A stretch of 64,000 bases of DNA from Calditrichia bacterium (lineage in GTDB: Bacteria; Calditrichota; Calditrichia; JAJRVZ01): positions 608,001-672,000 of the forward strand of contig CAWCNS010000007.1 of assembly GCA_963796965.1 (NCBI GenBank). Direction: 5' to 3'. Below the pieces are notes generated by a model. That model saw only the letters and a list, made by a program, of their open reading frames with translations, did no database searches and was not told the origin of the DNA. Shown piece by piece: positions 20,965-31,485 of this stretch (position 1 is the first letter of the stretch; every line of letters begins with the position of its first letter). A program made the translations under genes and the position numbers.

Positions 20965-22527
20965 ATGGATAAATTACAAATGACTCAAAAAGATAAAAAA
21001 GATATCGACAGTGCTGCAATTGAACAAAGTATCAATGTTCTTAATTTTCTTGTAGATAACAGTGAACAATTACTGGAATTGCCGGAAGAACAAAGAATTG
21101 CTCTGATGATTGCTGCTGGCAGACTCTCGCGCCCTGATCCTGAAGAGAAGAAAAAGCGTCAAAAGGATAAAAAAAATGTGGATCGGCGCAAAAAAACGGA
21201 AAATGAGCGTAAAGCACGCGCGGGTACCGGTATCCGCCGTGCCCGTACGGATAAAGTGTTTCAGGCACCGGATAAACTTACGGCTGGAAGAGAGAAGAAA
21301 GGGGAGAGCAAAAGAAAATTAGACGCACCCCGAAATTGCTATGTCTGTAAAGAAGAATTTGTTCACTTGCATCATTTTTATGATGCCATCTGTCCCAAAT
21401 GTGCGGAATTCAACTATCAGAAACGATTCCAGTCGGCTTCCCTGGAGGGACAAACAGCCCTGATAACGGGTTCCCGTTTAAAAATAGGTTACCAGGCCAC
21501 CCTGATGATGCTTCGTGCCGGTGCCAGGGTCATCGCCACTACCCGCTTCCCTGTCGATGCCGCCCGGCGTTATAGTCGCGAAAAGGATTTTACCCAATGG
21601 GGTGACCGGCTACAGATCTATGGCTTAGACCTGCGTCATACGCCCAGCGTGGAACTTTTCTGCCGCTATATTGTCAACAATTATGATCGTCTTGACCTAT
21701 TGATTAATAATGCCGCACAGACCGTACGTCGCCCTCCTGCTTTTTATGCCCATTTAATGGAAAATGAAAATCTACCCATTTACCAGCAGCCTGACACGGT
21801 TCAGGCGCTTCTCGGATTCCATCAAAAATGTGTTGAGCAAATTTCAGCCATTGCCCTTCCTGATTCACAGAAGGATCTCGAATTATCTGTCTCATGGGAG
21901 GAGAAGTTACCAGGAATCGGCCTGCGTGCCTCTGCCCAGTTATCACAAATTCCCTATTCCTATGACCACAGTCTTGAAACAAAAGAAATCTTTCCCCAGG
22001 GTGAGTTAGATGCCGATCTTCAACAGGTAGATTTAAGAGAAACAAACAGTTGGCGTTTACGCCTCGGTGAGATAGAGACAGCAGAAATGCTGGAGTTACA
22101 GTTGATTAATTCTATTGCGCCATTTGTCCTCAGCAACCGCTTAATTCCGATGATGAAGCGGGAAAACACGGGACAGAAACATATTGTCAATGTTTCAGCC
22201 ATGGAAGGAAAATTTCTCCGTTTTAAGAAGGATTCCCGCCATCCCCATACCAATATGGCCAAAGCGGCCTTAAATATGCTCACACATACCTCAGCCGGTG
22301 ATCTGGCAAAAATTGGAATTTTTATCAATGCGGTGGATACAGGCTGGGTGACCGATGAAGATCCGGTAAATCTGGCCCGTTTTAAAGAAGAATTTCATGA
22401 CTTTCAGCCACCCTTAGACATTGTGGACGGTGCCGCCCGGGTCTGCGATCCGTTTTTTGATGGAATCAACACAGGAAAACACTGGTCGGGACAGTTTTTG
22501 AAGGATTATTTTCCGATTGACTGGTAA
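20965..22527 (+). CDS. SDR-family oxidoreductase with N-terminal CxxC...CxxC extension
   Basis: CYVC...[42 protein letters not shown] and VDTGWVTDE motifs. Confidence 0.88.
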   Translation: MDKLQMTQKDKKDIDSAAIEQSINVLNFLVDNSEQLLELPEEQRIALMIAAGRLSRPDPEEKKKRQKDKKNVDRRKKTENERKARAGTGIRRARTDKVFQAPDKLTAGREKKGESKRKLDAPRNCYVCKEEFVHLHHFYDAICPKCAEFNYQKRFQSASLEGQTALITGSRLKIGYQATLMMLRAGARVIATTRFPVDAARRYSREKDFTQWGDRLQIYGLDLRHTPSVELFCRYIVNNYDRLDLLINNAAQTVRRPPAFYAHLMENENLPIYQQPDTVQALLGFHQKCVEQISAIALPDSQKDLELSVSWEEKLPGIGLRASAQLSQIPYSYDHSLETKEIFPQGELDADLQQVDLRETNSWRLRLGEIETAEMLELQLINSIAPFVLSNRLIPMMKRENTGQKHIVNVSAMEGKFLRFKKDSRHPHTNMAKAALNMLTHTSAGDLAKIGIFINAVDTGWVTDEDPVNLARFKEEFHDFQPPLDIVDGAARVCDPFFDGINTGKHWSGQFLKDYFPIDW

Positions 22528-22573
22528 GTCATTTAGTCATCCTAAACTTGTTTCAGGATCTTAAAAGAACTGA

Positions 22574-22736
22574 ATAGATTCCGAAATAAATTCGGAATGA
22601 CGATGGGGTCATCCTGAGCTTGTCTCAGGATCTAAAGTCATTGAGTCAGAAACAAATAAGCCAGCCAGTGTGTAAATTCGGCCTGGCCCCGTATAACGAG
22701 GTCTCAGGACGCGTTTTACGAGCGTAATTCGTGGAC
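22574..22736 (+). repeat. left copy of composite inverted repeat
   Basis: 22595-22736 matches the reverse complement of 25474-25615 with about 9 mismatches by manual alignment; the match extends to ATAGATTCCGAAAT. Confidence 0.9.
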
Positions 22737-22738
22737 CA

Positions 22739-23491
22739 TTAATAGGACTTGTGGCTTTTCTCTACACTTTGCTTCTGTATCTTAAAACACCCTTTTGTCC
22801 ATTCTGTAGTTGCATCTCTTTTATTAACATTGTCTGCAATACCCGGGGCAGCCAGAACAATCGCTTCAAATATTTTGTTGGCGATAATCATATTACCCAC
22901 CTTATTGGCATGAACCGTATCCGGATTGATGATATGGTCCTTCTGCCCTTCCGCTTCCCAGATATCAGCATAAACAAACTTATTTTCATGCGCCACAGCT
23001 TCAAGCATGGCATTATATTGCTGTGTTTTTTCAAGGCTGCCTTTGTCAAAGGGTGGATAATAATGATAGGCAGACATATGATAGACATTGACGATCACAA
23101 TGAGAGGACTAATGCGCTCTTTTATCCGGTCTAAAATTTTTTCGAGTTCCACCCGGAAATCCGCATGGGGCATGCCGGCACGCATATCGTTGAGACCATA
23201 TGCAATGAGAAGCAGATCCGGATTTTTGGCAATAACTTCATCATCAAGCCGTTCGGCCGCACTCGGTTTAGTTGAGGCCTCGTATCCCGGACTGGCCGGC
23301 GAGATGACACTGGCGCCCACACCGGCATTGTGATAGGCGATTGGTTTTTCCTGGGCTATTTCCAATTGTTTCCAGAGAATATCGGGAAACCGCTCTTCCG
23401 GTCCCTGGATCCAGCCACCGCCTTCAACAGTACTTTCCCCTAATACCACCAGCCGCTCAAATGGTCCCCTTGATATAGATTCCTGATTCAT
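22739..23491 (-). CDS. SGNH/GDSL hydrolase family protein
   Basis: LGESTVEG (block I), NAGVG, YGLND and DTVH motifs. Confidence 0.88.
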   Translation of the reverse strand: MNQESISRGPFERLVVLGESTVEGGGWIQGPEERFPDILWKQLEIAQEKPIAYHNAGVGASVISPASPGYEASTKPSAAERLDDEVIAKNPDLLLIAYGLNDMRAGMPHADFRVELEKILDRIKERISPLIVIVNVYHMSAYHYYPPFDKGSLEKTQQYNAMLEAVAHENKFVYADIWEAEGQKDHIINPDTVHANKVGNMIIANKIFEAIVLAAPGIADNVNKRDATTEWTKGCFKIQKQSVEKSHKSY

Positions 23492-24345
23492 CTACCCATA
23501 TTCCTTGCTTTTTCCCTGATTGCCGGGATTGAATCGTCCATAATAAATTTCATATCTGAATATTTATAGGTTCGTTCTTCAAATGATCTTGATTTGAGTG
23601 CTCCCATAAATCTCTCTTCAAATTCATTAAAATAGGAACCGTAAATATGATAACTATCTGCCTGGTGGACATAACGGCCGAGTTTGATCTTTTTCCCTGA
23701 AAGTTCTGAAATTCTTTCGGCGATCTTCAACTGCAAATGAATAAAAGCAAACATATTCATAAAGGCCGCTTTATAGGCATCATTGGAGCGGAATCTGATA
23801 TTGGTATTCAGATACCATTCATCTTCCTTTTCGCCTTGCAATACCCGGCACCAGATGCTTTGCAGACAGGCGGGATCATAACAATAATTATCTTCCCAGA
23901 CCTTCCAGGTGATGGCCTGGGCCCGTCTGGAATAAGGTGTATCGGCCAATTTTTGTGCCAAAAGATCAATTTGATCATAGATATCATCCAGACCAGGAAC
24001 AGTGTATTTAAATAATCTCTGATGATAGGTATATTCCCAACGTGTATCCTCAGCATCATCGGCAGAATCTCTGACCAAATGATCCTTGATCCCTTCAAGC
24101 ACTTCCAGCACATATTCCTGCAGATCATCCAGCCCACCGGGAATATCTTTATGGATCATTGGTTCTGCCATGGGATTATTGATGACGATGGTCATTGAAC
24201 AGTCTTTGCTTGGTGGATCATCCGGCTGATCATATTCTGTCTTGATATCACAGCCATTTTCATGCAGACTTATAAGTGACTTCTCCCATGCCTCCGCCAA
24301 TCCTTCGCCTTCAACCATTAATACTGGTATATTACCTTTCATCAA
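23488..24345 (-). CDS. thyA: thymidylate synthase family protein, archaeal-like
   Basis: YTYHQRL, DQI, SRRA, catalytic PAC, FRSND...N and DSYHIY motifs. Confidence 0.75.
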   Translation of the reverse strand: MMKGNIPVLMVEGEGLAEAWEKSLISLHENGCDIKTEYDQPDDPPSKDCSMTIVINNPMAEPMIHKDIPGGLDDLQEYVLEVLEGIKDHLVRDSADDAEDTRWEYTYHQRLFKYTVPGLDDIYDQIDLLAQKLADTPYSRRAQAITWKVWEDNYCYDPACLQSIWCRVLQGEKEDEWYLNTNIRFRSNDAYKAAFMNMFAFIHLQLKIAERISELSGKKIKLGRYVHQADSYHIYGSYFNEFEERFMGALKSRSFEERTYKYSDMKFIMDDSIPAIREKARNMGR

Positions 24346-24398
24346 TTTCTTCTCCTCTTGTATATGTATATTTCTAGCCTAAAGTTGAGAAAGATTTG

Positions 24399-24510
24399 TC
24401 CACGAATTACTCCCGTGAAACGGGACAGGTCGAATTTTCAATAATTAAAAATAGAAATATTTTATTTATCTTTTTAAAAATATTCGTGTTAATTAGTGTA
24501 ATTCGTGGAT
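24399..24510. repeat. palindromic intergenic repeat family A (CCACGAATTACACGAATT...AATTCGTGTAATTCGTGG) carrying a 20-bp insert
   Basis: Inverted arms; related copies near 31259-31485, 39181, 53236-53362, 54705, 62438-62525 and 63817-63988. Confidence 0.85.
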
Positions 24511-24551
24511 TAAAAAGTACGCTGCGGCGCTGCGGCGCTGCGTGAGATCTT

Positions 24552-25394
24552 TTACATTCCTTGCGCCTTAAGAAAATCCACACTTTTCTTTAAAATATCC
24601 TCTGAACCGACGATTTCCAAAGTAGAACTGGCGATACCGGCATCTTTTAACACCTCGCAGACGCCTTTTATATCAATCACCCCATCACCCATGGCAATGG
24701 TAGAAAAACCGCAGCCAAATTCGGTTCCTCTTTTTTCTACCCATTCTTCACCCAGATCTTTCCAATGCACATGATGGATCTTATCTTTAAAAACTTTGGC
24801 CATTTCAACCGGATCAGCTCCACCAAGCCATGAATTACCTGTATCGAGGTTAACCCCTAAAGACTCGGGATTGCCCAACATATCAAAAACATCTTTTAAA
24901 CCCTGGATTGAATCGGTTATCGGGCCATGGGGCTCCATCAAAATATGGACACCGTAATCCTCAGCCATTTTTACCGGTGTATACAACTTTTCTGCAATAA
25001 TAAATACGCTTTGATCATAGGTGAGATTTTCAGCCCATTCTGATCTTGGATCGGTTTCAGTCGTAATAACTTCTTTCACACCGATTGCAGCAGCAAATTT
25101 AATCGCTTTCATGATCTCTGCTGTGCTGTAAGCCCCGGGATTGCTTGGTTCCAGCAACGTCGCATGGGCACACACGGTCGAAGGCACCATGTCATATTTC
25201 TCGAATAGACGTTTGACTTCAAAGGGATTTTCGTCCAAACTGATGGTGGGTGAAAATCCGGCTGAGCCCAGCATACTGCCACCAGCGTTGGTATCCGTAA
25301 TATCAGCATGGTTAAAACCCATTTCCTTAGCCTTTTGCAGCTGTACTTCCACACTGGCAAAGGGCTCGATCAACAAAAATACACCAATTTCCAT
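24552..25394 (-). CDS. sugar-phosphate isomerase/epimerase (xylose-isomerase-like TIM barrel)
   Basis: Metal-ligand motifs MEPHG, NLDTGN, HVHWKD, MGDGVID and LEI; GGAGGGA RBS. Confidence 0.9.
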   Translation of the reverse strand: MEIGVFLLIEPFASVEVQLQKAKEMGFNHADITDTNAGGSMLGSAGFSPTISLDENPFEVKRLFEKYDMVPSTVCAHATLLEPSNPGAYSTAEIMKAIKFAAAIGVKEVITTETDPRSEWAENLTYDQSVFIIAEKLYTPVKMAEDYGVHILMEPHGPITDSIQGLKDVFDMLGNPESLGVNLDTGNSWLGGADPVEMAKVFKDKIHHVHWKDLGEEWVEKRGTEFGCGFSTIAMGDGVIDIKGVCEVLKDAGIASSTLEIVGSEDILKKSVDFLKAQGM

Positions 25395-25473
25395 TTTATT
25401 CCCTCCTAATTGTTATGTTTTTTTTACCACTAAGTACACAAAGAAGACACAAAGATCACAAAGTTAAATTTCT

Positions 25474-25647
25474 GTCCACTAATTACGTTCGTAAAACGCG
25501 TCCTGAGACCTCGTTATACGGGGCCAGGCCGAATTTTCGCACTGGAAGGCTGATTTGTTTCTGATTCAATGACTTTAGATCCTGAGACAAGCTCAGGATG
25601 ACCCCAACGTCATTCTCCCGAACTTTGTTTGGGATTTCGGAATCTAT
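25474..25647 (-). repeat. right copy of composite inverted repeat
   Basis: Reverse complement of 22574-22736, with an extra TCCCGAAC...GTTTGGGA hairpin inserted at 25616-25634. Confidence 0.9.
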
Positions 25648-25734
25648 CTGATCAAAAAATTCGTGAAATCCGTGGACAAATTCTTTTTCCTGCTTTCAGT
25701 TTTCCGCTTTTCTGCTTTTCTGCTTTCTAAACAT

Positions 25735-27339
25735 CTAATTGTCAATAATATTCTGATAATACTGTCTGGCCTCCCGGTATTTGACCAGAACCTGCTCTCT
25801 TTGTTCTTCAGACTGATAGCGGCCTTCGTTACCATTGATTGCTATTAATTTGTCTATCCAGGAGATCAAACGCAAGGCATCTTTTTTAAAAGCGATCGGT
25901 TTTTTATCGACCAGGACATAAACCGGACTGGTATGGGCCTGTCGAACCAGGTGATTTTGATTAAAATAGATCGCTCTGGCTGCAAACCAGCCACTTTTAC
26001 TCACTGAAAAGTCTAATTTCAAGGATTTATTCAAAACCGGATTAGGAAGTGCTCCATTTAGCGAGATTTGTTTGATTATTTTTCCATTATGGATGATTTC
26101 AAGAGATTCAACAGGTTCAATGCTTTCTAAATTCGCTTCAATTTTAACCGTGTTGTGATCCCCGGCCACAAATTGTATTGTAGTCCCAGATTCTTTACCA
26201 TTTACGGTGAAAAAGAGCATAGGACCACTCGTAGCAAAGGTCCGACCATCTTTTAGGGCCTTTAACGCATTTTTTTGTGACAATTCGCCATCAATTTTCA
26301 TATAGGTTCTGTTATACCCCAGGGGTACACGCATAACGCCCATGGCCGATCCACCGGTTGCCGCTAATTTGATACCGCAATTCAGAAAACTATAATAAGC
26401 CTGGTTGGTCTGCCAGAACAAGCCTCCCCATCGTGAAGGATCATCTTTTTCTTTTTTAAGAACGGCCATACCACAACACATATCCATATCTGAGAAGCGG
26501 TGGTAATGATTATGACATATCTGTACCGAGTTAAAATACCCCATGGCCATGGTTACAACATTTTCTCCCCAGACAGGTTTGTCGCAGTCAATAATGCAAT
26601 CCGGTGACTCTTCTCTTGCCAATTTTGCCAATGAGACATCAGCAGGAAAGGCGTAAGACTCTGGATTTTTTAGAGGTTTTTTCAGCCCGATTAAATGGAG
26701 TGCACCAATAGATTCAAATGCAGCACCGCCAATACGTTCAATTTCCTGGTTATTAAAGGCCACTAAATGCTTTGGATCAACCAAAATAGTTGGATTGTCA
26801 CCATTATCCTGCCAAAATTGCTGCGTTTTATATTGTCTGCTATTCCAGACACTCAAAACCGGTTGATAATTCACATCATCAGCCAGAGATTGCTGTTTTA
26901 CTATTGCCATACTGTCTGCCCCAAAATGACAATGAATATCCATGGAATACCAACCCAAAGAAGCCATATCAATCCAGCGCTCCATGACGATGGAGACCTC
27001 AGCAACCTGTCCACTTATAACCGAAATCTCCTTATTCACCGGCAGATATTCTTTTCCACGCTCAATATGTATGATTGCTTTTCCGGCTGGTACCCGAATT
27101 TCAAAGGAACCATTACAGGAGAAACTCATATCCCTTTCATAGGGAAAACAATCCGGGGAGATGGGTTTATAATAGCGGCTGTTATTGATGTCCACCCAGG
27201 CCCGGCAGGGCAAGTTTCCTTCTTTACCTTCTTCCATGACGGTCACGTGAACAATGCCGGTACCATTATCCGGCAAATCCTGTCCCCAGGCCAAAAAAAT
27301 CAACACAATACTTAAAGCAAAAGTATATATTTTCTTCAT
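25735..27339 (-). CDS. CehA/McbA-family PHP-like metallohydrolase
   Basis: ERGKEY, GWYSMDIHCH, GYNRTY, GRTFATSGPML and AHTSPVYV motifs; signal peptide from MKKIY. Confidence 0.8.
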   Translation of the reverse strand: MKKIYTFALSIVLIFLAWGQDLPDNGTGIVHVTVMEEGKEGNLPCRAWVDINNSRYYKPISPDCFPYERDMSFSCNGSFEIRVPAGKAIIHIERGKEYLPVNKEISVISGQVAEVSIVMERWIDMASLGWYSMDIHCHFGADSMAIVKQQSLADDVNYQPVLSVWNSRQYKTQQFWQDNGDNPTILVDPKHLVAFNNQEIERIGGAAFESIGALHLIGLKKPLKNPESYAFPADVSLAKLAREESPDCIIDCDKPVWGENVVTMAMGYFNSVQICHNHYHRFSDMDMCCGMAVLKKEKDDPSRWGGLFWQTNQAYYSFLNCGIKLAATGGSAMGVMRVPLGYNRTYMKIDGELSQKNALKALKDGRTFATSGPMLFFTVNGKESGTTIQFVAGDHNTVKIEANLESIEPVESLEIIHNGKIIKQISLNGALPNPVLNKSLKLDFSVSKSGWFAARAIYFNQNHLVRQAHTSPVYVLVDKKPIAFKKDALRLISWIDKLIAINGNEGRYQSEEQREQVLVKYREARQYYQNIIDN

Positions 27340-27565
27340 TGGACCCACCAAATCTAATCCATTGGTTAAAATTAACAAATATCACCATAGAGAACACAGA
27401 GAGCACGAAGTTATAAAATAAAGAATTGAGAGTTAAGAATTTAGAATAATGTGTAAATTTTGGCTTCTGTTTCTGTAATTTTTAATCAATTTATAATTCT
27501 TAATTGCTTCTAATTTTGCGTGCTCTGTGTTCTCTGTGGTGAAATAAGATAGTACCTATATACAC

Positions 27566-28712
27566 TTATTTCGGATTGCTGACGATATTACGCAGCGATA
27601 CGGTTTCGGAATCAACATTCCCACTTAAAACGTCATCCTCCCTGAATGAAGCAAAAAGAATATTCATTTCATCTCTCCTGGCATAATCATAGATGATATA
27701 AATGGTTCCATCTTTGGTCTGCTGTCCATCCGGATAGGAAACACGTACACGTTCATCGAGCATTAGCCCTCCCTTCCATGTATCACCGTCGTCTTGCGAT
27801 ATAAAGGCTGTCAGATGCGACCGCTTTATTTGTTCATCTATCGGGCCATGTTTTACCAAGCAGCAGGTTGCCTGATTGAAGTTTGCGAATAAAAAAACGG
27901 GCTGAAGGATGCTTAATGACCGGAAGGTACGAGTGGTTCCCAGGTAATACCACCGATCTTTAGAATTACTATCCCAATCCCATAAATTGTACGGATAAAC
28001 ATCCCAGGGATTGCCGTTATTCTTCTCGATAATCATATGTTCATCGAAATCCCGCACTTCAACGGGAATATGGCAGGCACCGCGTACTTGCCAGGTTTTT
28101 CCCTGATCTTCAGAAACTATCAATCTGGCACTATTATCCGTTAAGCGCCAGGTTGACGCGGGTAAGATCCATTCTCCTGAAGAAAGTACCAGAGGTTTAC
28201 ACATCATGATCCCATCTGTCAGGCGTTTTGGCTGCGACCAATCTTAGGTGTCATCATCCGGATTATCTTTTGTCATGGTCCAGACACCTGAAATAGTCCC
28301 GTCATGTCCGATGGCCTGAGCCCAGAATGACCATAATTTGCCGTATTGGATCAATCCACAATTCCGGATCAAAGGCCCTTACCGGACCTTTACCATCCGG
28401 ATCTATTATATGCATTTCCTTCCAGGTTTTTCCCTGATCACCACTGGTTGCAACGACCACATAATTATGCTCATCCTCCCCCTTGCCAGTCCCGGCATAC
28501 CAGGTGGCCCAGAAGCGGCCTTGAGGGCTAATAGCCAAACTGGGGATCCCCTGAAAAGTCCTTTTTTCAGGCGCAAAGTCACCCTGATTAGTCTTAATAA
28601 CCTGTGGTGGGTATAGAAATGGTTTGTCATTTTGCCCGCAGGAGATATATAGCAGGCTTATTCCGAACAAGATTGTACTTAAATGGAGAATTTTCTTTGT
28701 TAAAATTGTCAT
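27566..28712 (-). CDS. BNR/sialidase-like lipoprotein split by several frameshifts
   Basis: FQGIPSL, Asp-boxes SGDQGKTW, SEDQGKTW and SQDDGDTW, plus RAFDPELW and VSYPDG, spread over 3-4 frames. Confidence 0.8.
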
Positions 28713-28774
28713 TATTTTCCTTTAGTAAAGTATTTTTTTGTAAAACTTATAGAATACCATTATTCTCTCATGAT

Positions 28775-28834
28775 GTCATTCTGAATTTATTTCAGAATCT
28801 ATCTAATAAGACCCTGAAATAAATTCAGGGTGAC
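28775..28834. repeat. palindromic repeat family C (GTCATTCTGAATTTATTTCAGAATCT...AGACCCTGAAATAAATTCAGGGTGAC)
   Basis: Double-hairpin element; related copies at 5951, 22537-22633, 31354, 34471-34579, 32819-33012 and 36747. Confidence 0.85.
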
Positions 28835-28904
28835 CCTTTGGCGTAGTCTTTTCAAATTAAAATCTATTTAATAATGACATATTTATAATCTCATATCGAT
28901 ATCA

Positions 28905-31237
28905 TCATGGTTTTTGCGTCGAGAAATTAAGCATTTTCTCCGGATCCTTTACCGTCAAAAACATCCCCCATCCACCACCAATCTGGTCAATTTTGACGAG
29001 GACCTTATTCCAGCCTTTATTAAATGTTACATCAACCAAATCTGAATTGGGTGTCGCTTTCCTTAATATATTACGATCATGAACCAATTTGTCATTGAAA
29101 TAGACGCGCACCCCATCATTACTCCCAACACCTAGTTGCGTGGAAAATTCCACAGGAGAACGAATAAAGCAGAGCCCATAGGCGATTCCGATCGTATCTG
29201 GATCAAATACCTTTGTAAAATCCACATATAATCCGTCATCCTCATTCCAATCCCTCCAGATTACCTTCGTTCCGGCCACACCATGGTATTCCTTCTCAAA
29301 GTAAAGCTCATATTCGGGCGGCTGCTTTGTCTGTAATAAACTGGCTTTTGGACCATCAAAAGGACCAATGATTTTTAAGTTTTGGACAAAACGAAAATCA
29401 CCGGAGAGGATTTGTAGAAAAAGAGCTAAGATCAGAACGTTCGGATTGGTAGATAATACCGTTTTCTGATACAATAGCCTTAAACGTATTCAACATAGAC
29501 TTATCGATGGGCGTCTGATTTTGAATCTGCTCCTGGCCTTGAAACCAGAGATCTGCATAATAGATCGGCAAGTGCGCCTTTTTAACCCTGGATAAAATCA
29601 CCGGATCATCAGTCACCAGATTTTCGGCTTCCTCAAACAAAGAATGGGCTTTTTCTAGCCTCTCAGATGTGAGAAAACCCATCTCATCCACATTGGAGAA
29701 GAGGTTAAAGTGTTGATCGGTTGGAATGACGGCCGCATGCATCATATCAAAATACGCACGAATCGGACCTGATGCAGAACCATACACGCCCTGCATAAAA
29801 TCATCAATCACAGCATCAACATCGATAGTGGGATTCCAAAGTAGTTTTGCCAGCACATAGGAACGCAATTCTGCCCATTCGCCGCCGCCGCCCTCCTGTG
29901 AATCTCCCTGACAAAACAGGCCGGAGACACCCTGATTGCGATAAAACTGTATATCCTTTTTTATGGCATTAAAGTTGGGAAAGGGCATCAGATAATGACT
30001 AAAGTTTGTTACATAATGCCAGGCATACATTTTAGCACCTTTTTTCCGCCAATCCCTGAGATTTTGGACATAATCTGCATTTAATTCACAGTCTTCTAAC
30101 GGATGTGCGTCGCAACTGGGTTGCATGTGACAGATACGGATAATGACATTATCTCTAACAGGCAGTGATTTTGGTGGTTTTTGGGTATAGGTATAGGCAA
30201 AGGTATCAAATAATTTTCCCGGATATTTATCAGCAAAAGAATCTGCAATGGCATTAACAAAATTAAGAACTGAAGCAGCATGACTACCTTCTCGTTCATC
30301 TAACGCCTGGCAGGATGGACATTCACACCAGTCTTCCCAGTCATTTTGGGTAATAGATATGATATCAGCTCCGGGCTCCTCCAACAACCATCGCTCGATC
30401 TCCGCGATTGAAATACGCAATACATCCGGATTGGTAAGGCAGATTTGTCCTCGATCGCCCACACGTTTACCTTTTACTAATGAAAAGTACTCGGGATGTT
30501 CTTGAAAATATTTTTTAGGAGGTACAAGTGCGTAAAAGGTATGGCCAAGATGGCCCTTGGCATAGCGCATCTTCCCGCCAACCTCTTCTGGTAGATCAGC
30601 ACCATAACCATTTATTTTATTATGGCTGGCCCATGCCCGATCAAAGGCCTCTGTATAGAATGGCATCCGGTATTCAAATGCCGGTTTTTGTCTGTCATTG
30701 ATCGCAGGCAGTGCGATCGTTTTCTTTTCAGGAATCGTGAATTACTTCATGAGTATACCAGCGACAACCGAGATAATCTTCCAGGAAAGTAAACACACCA
30801 TACATCGTACCACGTTTTTTTCCACCGAGAATAAAGAGATCATTGCCCTTGGTTTGAATAAGAAAATCCTCATCTCCAAACTCAGATAGTTCTAATCCAC
30901 TGAGTAATGAGTCAGTGAGTGGATTTTGCCCAACAAATATGCGATGATCGGCAGGAGCATCAGAGATAGACAATATATCCATCTCATATGAACTGATCTT
31001 TTTTAACGTCTTCTGCAATTCTTTTGCCGCATAACGTTCAGATAAAGAGGCCTTTTCGGACAAAACAATTGTATATTTTGAATTGCCCTCCTCAACTAAA
31101 GTCAGCTGAGGTGCATTCGAACAGGATATACCAAAAACCAGCATAAAGATGATAAAAACTAATTTGCATGGAATCCATTTATTTATACTTGTCACTTTAT
31201 AGTACTCTCCCATAGACAACCTGTCCTTTTTTTTCAC
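28905..31237 (-). CDS. DUF4838 protein with GH67/GH20-like N-terminal domain and C-terminal beta-sandwich, split by two frameshifts
   Basis: RGTMYGVFTFLEDYLGCRWY, GHTFYALVPP...HPEYFSL...QICLTNP, WCECPSC, YVLAKLLWNP and GSNDGVRVY motifs over three adjacent ORFs. Confidence 0.82.
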
Positions 31238-31485
31238 GCAAAATCACAAAGATCTTTGTCCACGAATTACACGAATTTTCACTAATTAAAAATATTATAT
31301 TATTTTTGATATCCTTAACACTGAGATCTATAGTAATTCGTGGATCATCTTTAAGATTCCGAAATAAATTCGGAATGACTCCCTTCGTGCGATATCACTA
31401 TTTTATTATTTCTTCGCGTCTTTGCGTTTCTGCGAGAGATCAAATTTAATTCGTGAAATTCGCTAAAATCCGTTTAATTCGTGGA

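Noticed and set aside
23488..24345. Phage-type dCMP hydroxymethylase or DNA-modification system
   Set aside because: It keeps the dUMP-specifying Asn, and no kinase, glycosyltransferase or phage genes are nearby.
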